DNA of 64,000 bases from Sphagnum compactum (lineage: Eukaryota), in contig OZ234493.1 in the NCBI GenBank assembly GCA_965153455.1, positions 12,886,213 to 12,950,212 on the forward strand, given 5' to 3'. The notes beneath the pieces were generated by a model. The model ran no database searches. It saw nothing but the letters and a program-made list of their open reading frames with translations, and had not been told where the DNA came from. Position 1 is the first letter of the stretch. Each line of letters opens with the position of its first letter. Position numbers and translations under genes: made by a program. Shown one piece after another: positions 62,511 to 64,000 of this stretch.

Positions 62511-62635
62511 AGTGTAGTTTAAAACAAAACTATGGTGATCGGAGTGAATACAATGAGGACCAATGTGAAAGCTTAGAGTAAGGATTACTTAACCTTGGTT
62601 TAGATGGCTGGGTACAGTTTCTAACCAAGCTTGTG

Positions 62636-62843
62636 CTAACTAATACCCTACCACCTCGGCAACTCCCACACTAATTATATTGTTTTCAGAAATGTTGAAA
62701 ATTTTCCCTTGAAAAAATTCAAATAGAAATAGTCTATGAAGACAAAATGTTGAATCTTCAAGAATATTTTATTTGTTGAAATGAAAATTTCAAAAATTGA
62801 TTAATTAATTATTCGACAAACATGTGTCAAAGCTGCCAAGGTA
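62636..62843 (+). repeat. Direct repeat copy (first copy at 54705-54913)
   Basis: Shares the same blocks in the same order as the first copy. Confidence 0.8.
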
Positions 62844-64000
62844 CCAAAGTAACTATTCCATTGTAGATTTTTCTTTTTATTTTGGGTGCTTCCCGTACAC
62901 ATGCAGGAGGACACACTACCTTTTGAGGAATAAATACAAGAGATGCATTACTACCACCCTATGTCATACATATGTCCTCTCCAGCCTCTCTCCCCTTACT
63001 TCATTGCTGAAGTAATAATGTTGTCATCATTCGTAAGCTTTGCTTCTTGCTTATGGCATTGACATGGAGAGAAATTTCCACAAGGAAACCACTTAACTGG
63101 AGTTGTGATGCATGACGCCCTGAGTCGCCATGGTTCCAATTCTTCGGCACGAGTTTTGTGTGCATGGCAACAACAAGGTGACCAATTTCTAAAATCTTGT
63201 TGCCATACAAAATTATATTCAAGTACAAAAAATTTGTTGTTTCTAGAGACAAGATCATTTTTCCATTCTCTTTAGTGTAGCATGAAGCCCTAGGTCGAGG
63301 GCATTACCAAAATAAGGGCACACAAGGTGATAGCCAAGTGCAGGCTCTCGATTTTGGAAATAGCCCTTGACCAAGGGCTTCACCCGACATAAAGACTTGC
63401 CAGAAAATTCAGTGGAGAAACTGAGGCTAAACAGGAGCGGAGCACTATGAAAAAAAACGAAAAAACCTCTCTTTTTATTTCTCTTTGTATTTTGAGGGAT
63501 TTCCCCCAACAGAAGAGCAGAAGATCCCTAGGGAGTTAGGCGGTGCGGGAGATCCTGCTATATTTCTATGTTCTCATGTTCCTATGGAAAGATTTTTTGC
63601 TGGGACGACGGATCAGGAAAATTAAAAAACACGAGGAGGAAAGGGACAGTTCAGGAAAAAAAAAATTTATAAAAACAAGAAGGAAAGAATGGAGGAAAGA
63701 AAAAGAAGAGATTTTTACATACATGGAGGTTCCCATACTCATGTTTTCTCCATCAGTCAGGAACATCCTCATGCAACCCATTCTCCCTGAGGAGAACCCA
63801 CTCATATGGGGACCTCCCAATCAGCGAAGTGCCCTTCCAAAAATGCTGAAAACCAGGCAAACAGGGAGGGGGGCAGGGATATCAACAAGAGTGTTATGAG
63901 TTGGGTATTGGGTTTAGGGTTTAGGGCCCCCTCGGGCTTTACCCTACACTCGTTGTTGTTGGGTAGCTATTGTTAGTTGTGGGAAACTTCTTTCTTCTTC

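Noticed and set aside
63001-63899. Several 84-118 aa ORFs near the window end
   Set aside because: No recognisable domain; may be the edge of a repeat or gene continuing outside the window.
63910-63926. TTTAGGG repeats (also ~28816-28835 and ~16773-16786)
   Set aside because: Only 2-3 units; telo-box-like or chance, not a telomere or a meaningful interstitial array.

Overview
Eukaryotic, intron-rich land-plant DNA; gene style and repeats suggest a bryophyte, possibly Sphagnum, but that is inference. Four apparently intact spliced genes were reconstructed by hand with phase-consistent GT-AG junctions: MSH7 (+, 16030-24184), V-ATPase subunit C (-, 32004-35930), an ARMC6-like armadillo-repeat protein (+, 38898-44242) and an unusually long, internally repeated AP2/ERF factor with EDLL-type motifs (-, 45131-48228). 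Mobile DNA is abundant. It includes an 8.2-kb full-length but mutationally inactivated Helitron (5846-14051) with two 3' termini, 23-aa N-terminal repeats and a GC-rich, intron-containing Rep-helicase gene. Also present are a decayed PIF/Harbinger element (~26.7-28.6 kb), a 154-bp CACTA mini-element (50100-50253), a decayed hAT element (55695-59851) and several non-autonomous, foldback and tandem repeats. Decayed spliced gene remnants lie at 1-5.4 kb and 36.7-38.5 kb. No rRNA, tRNA or CRISPR features were seen. The composite Helitron and the repeat-expanded ERF gene are the most unusual items.
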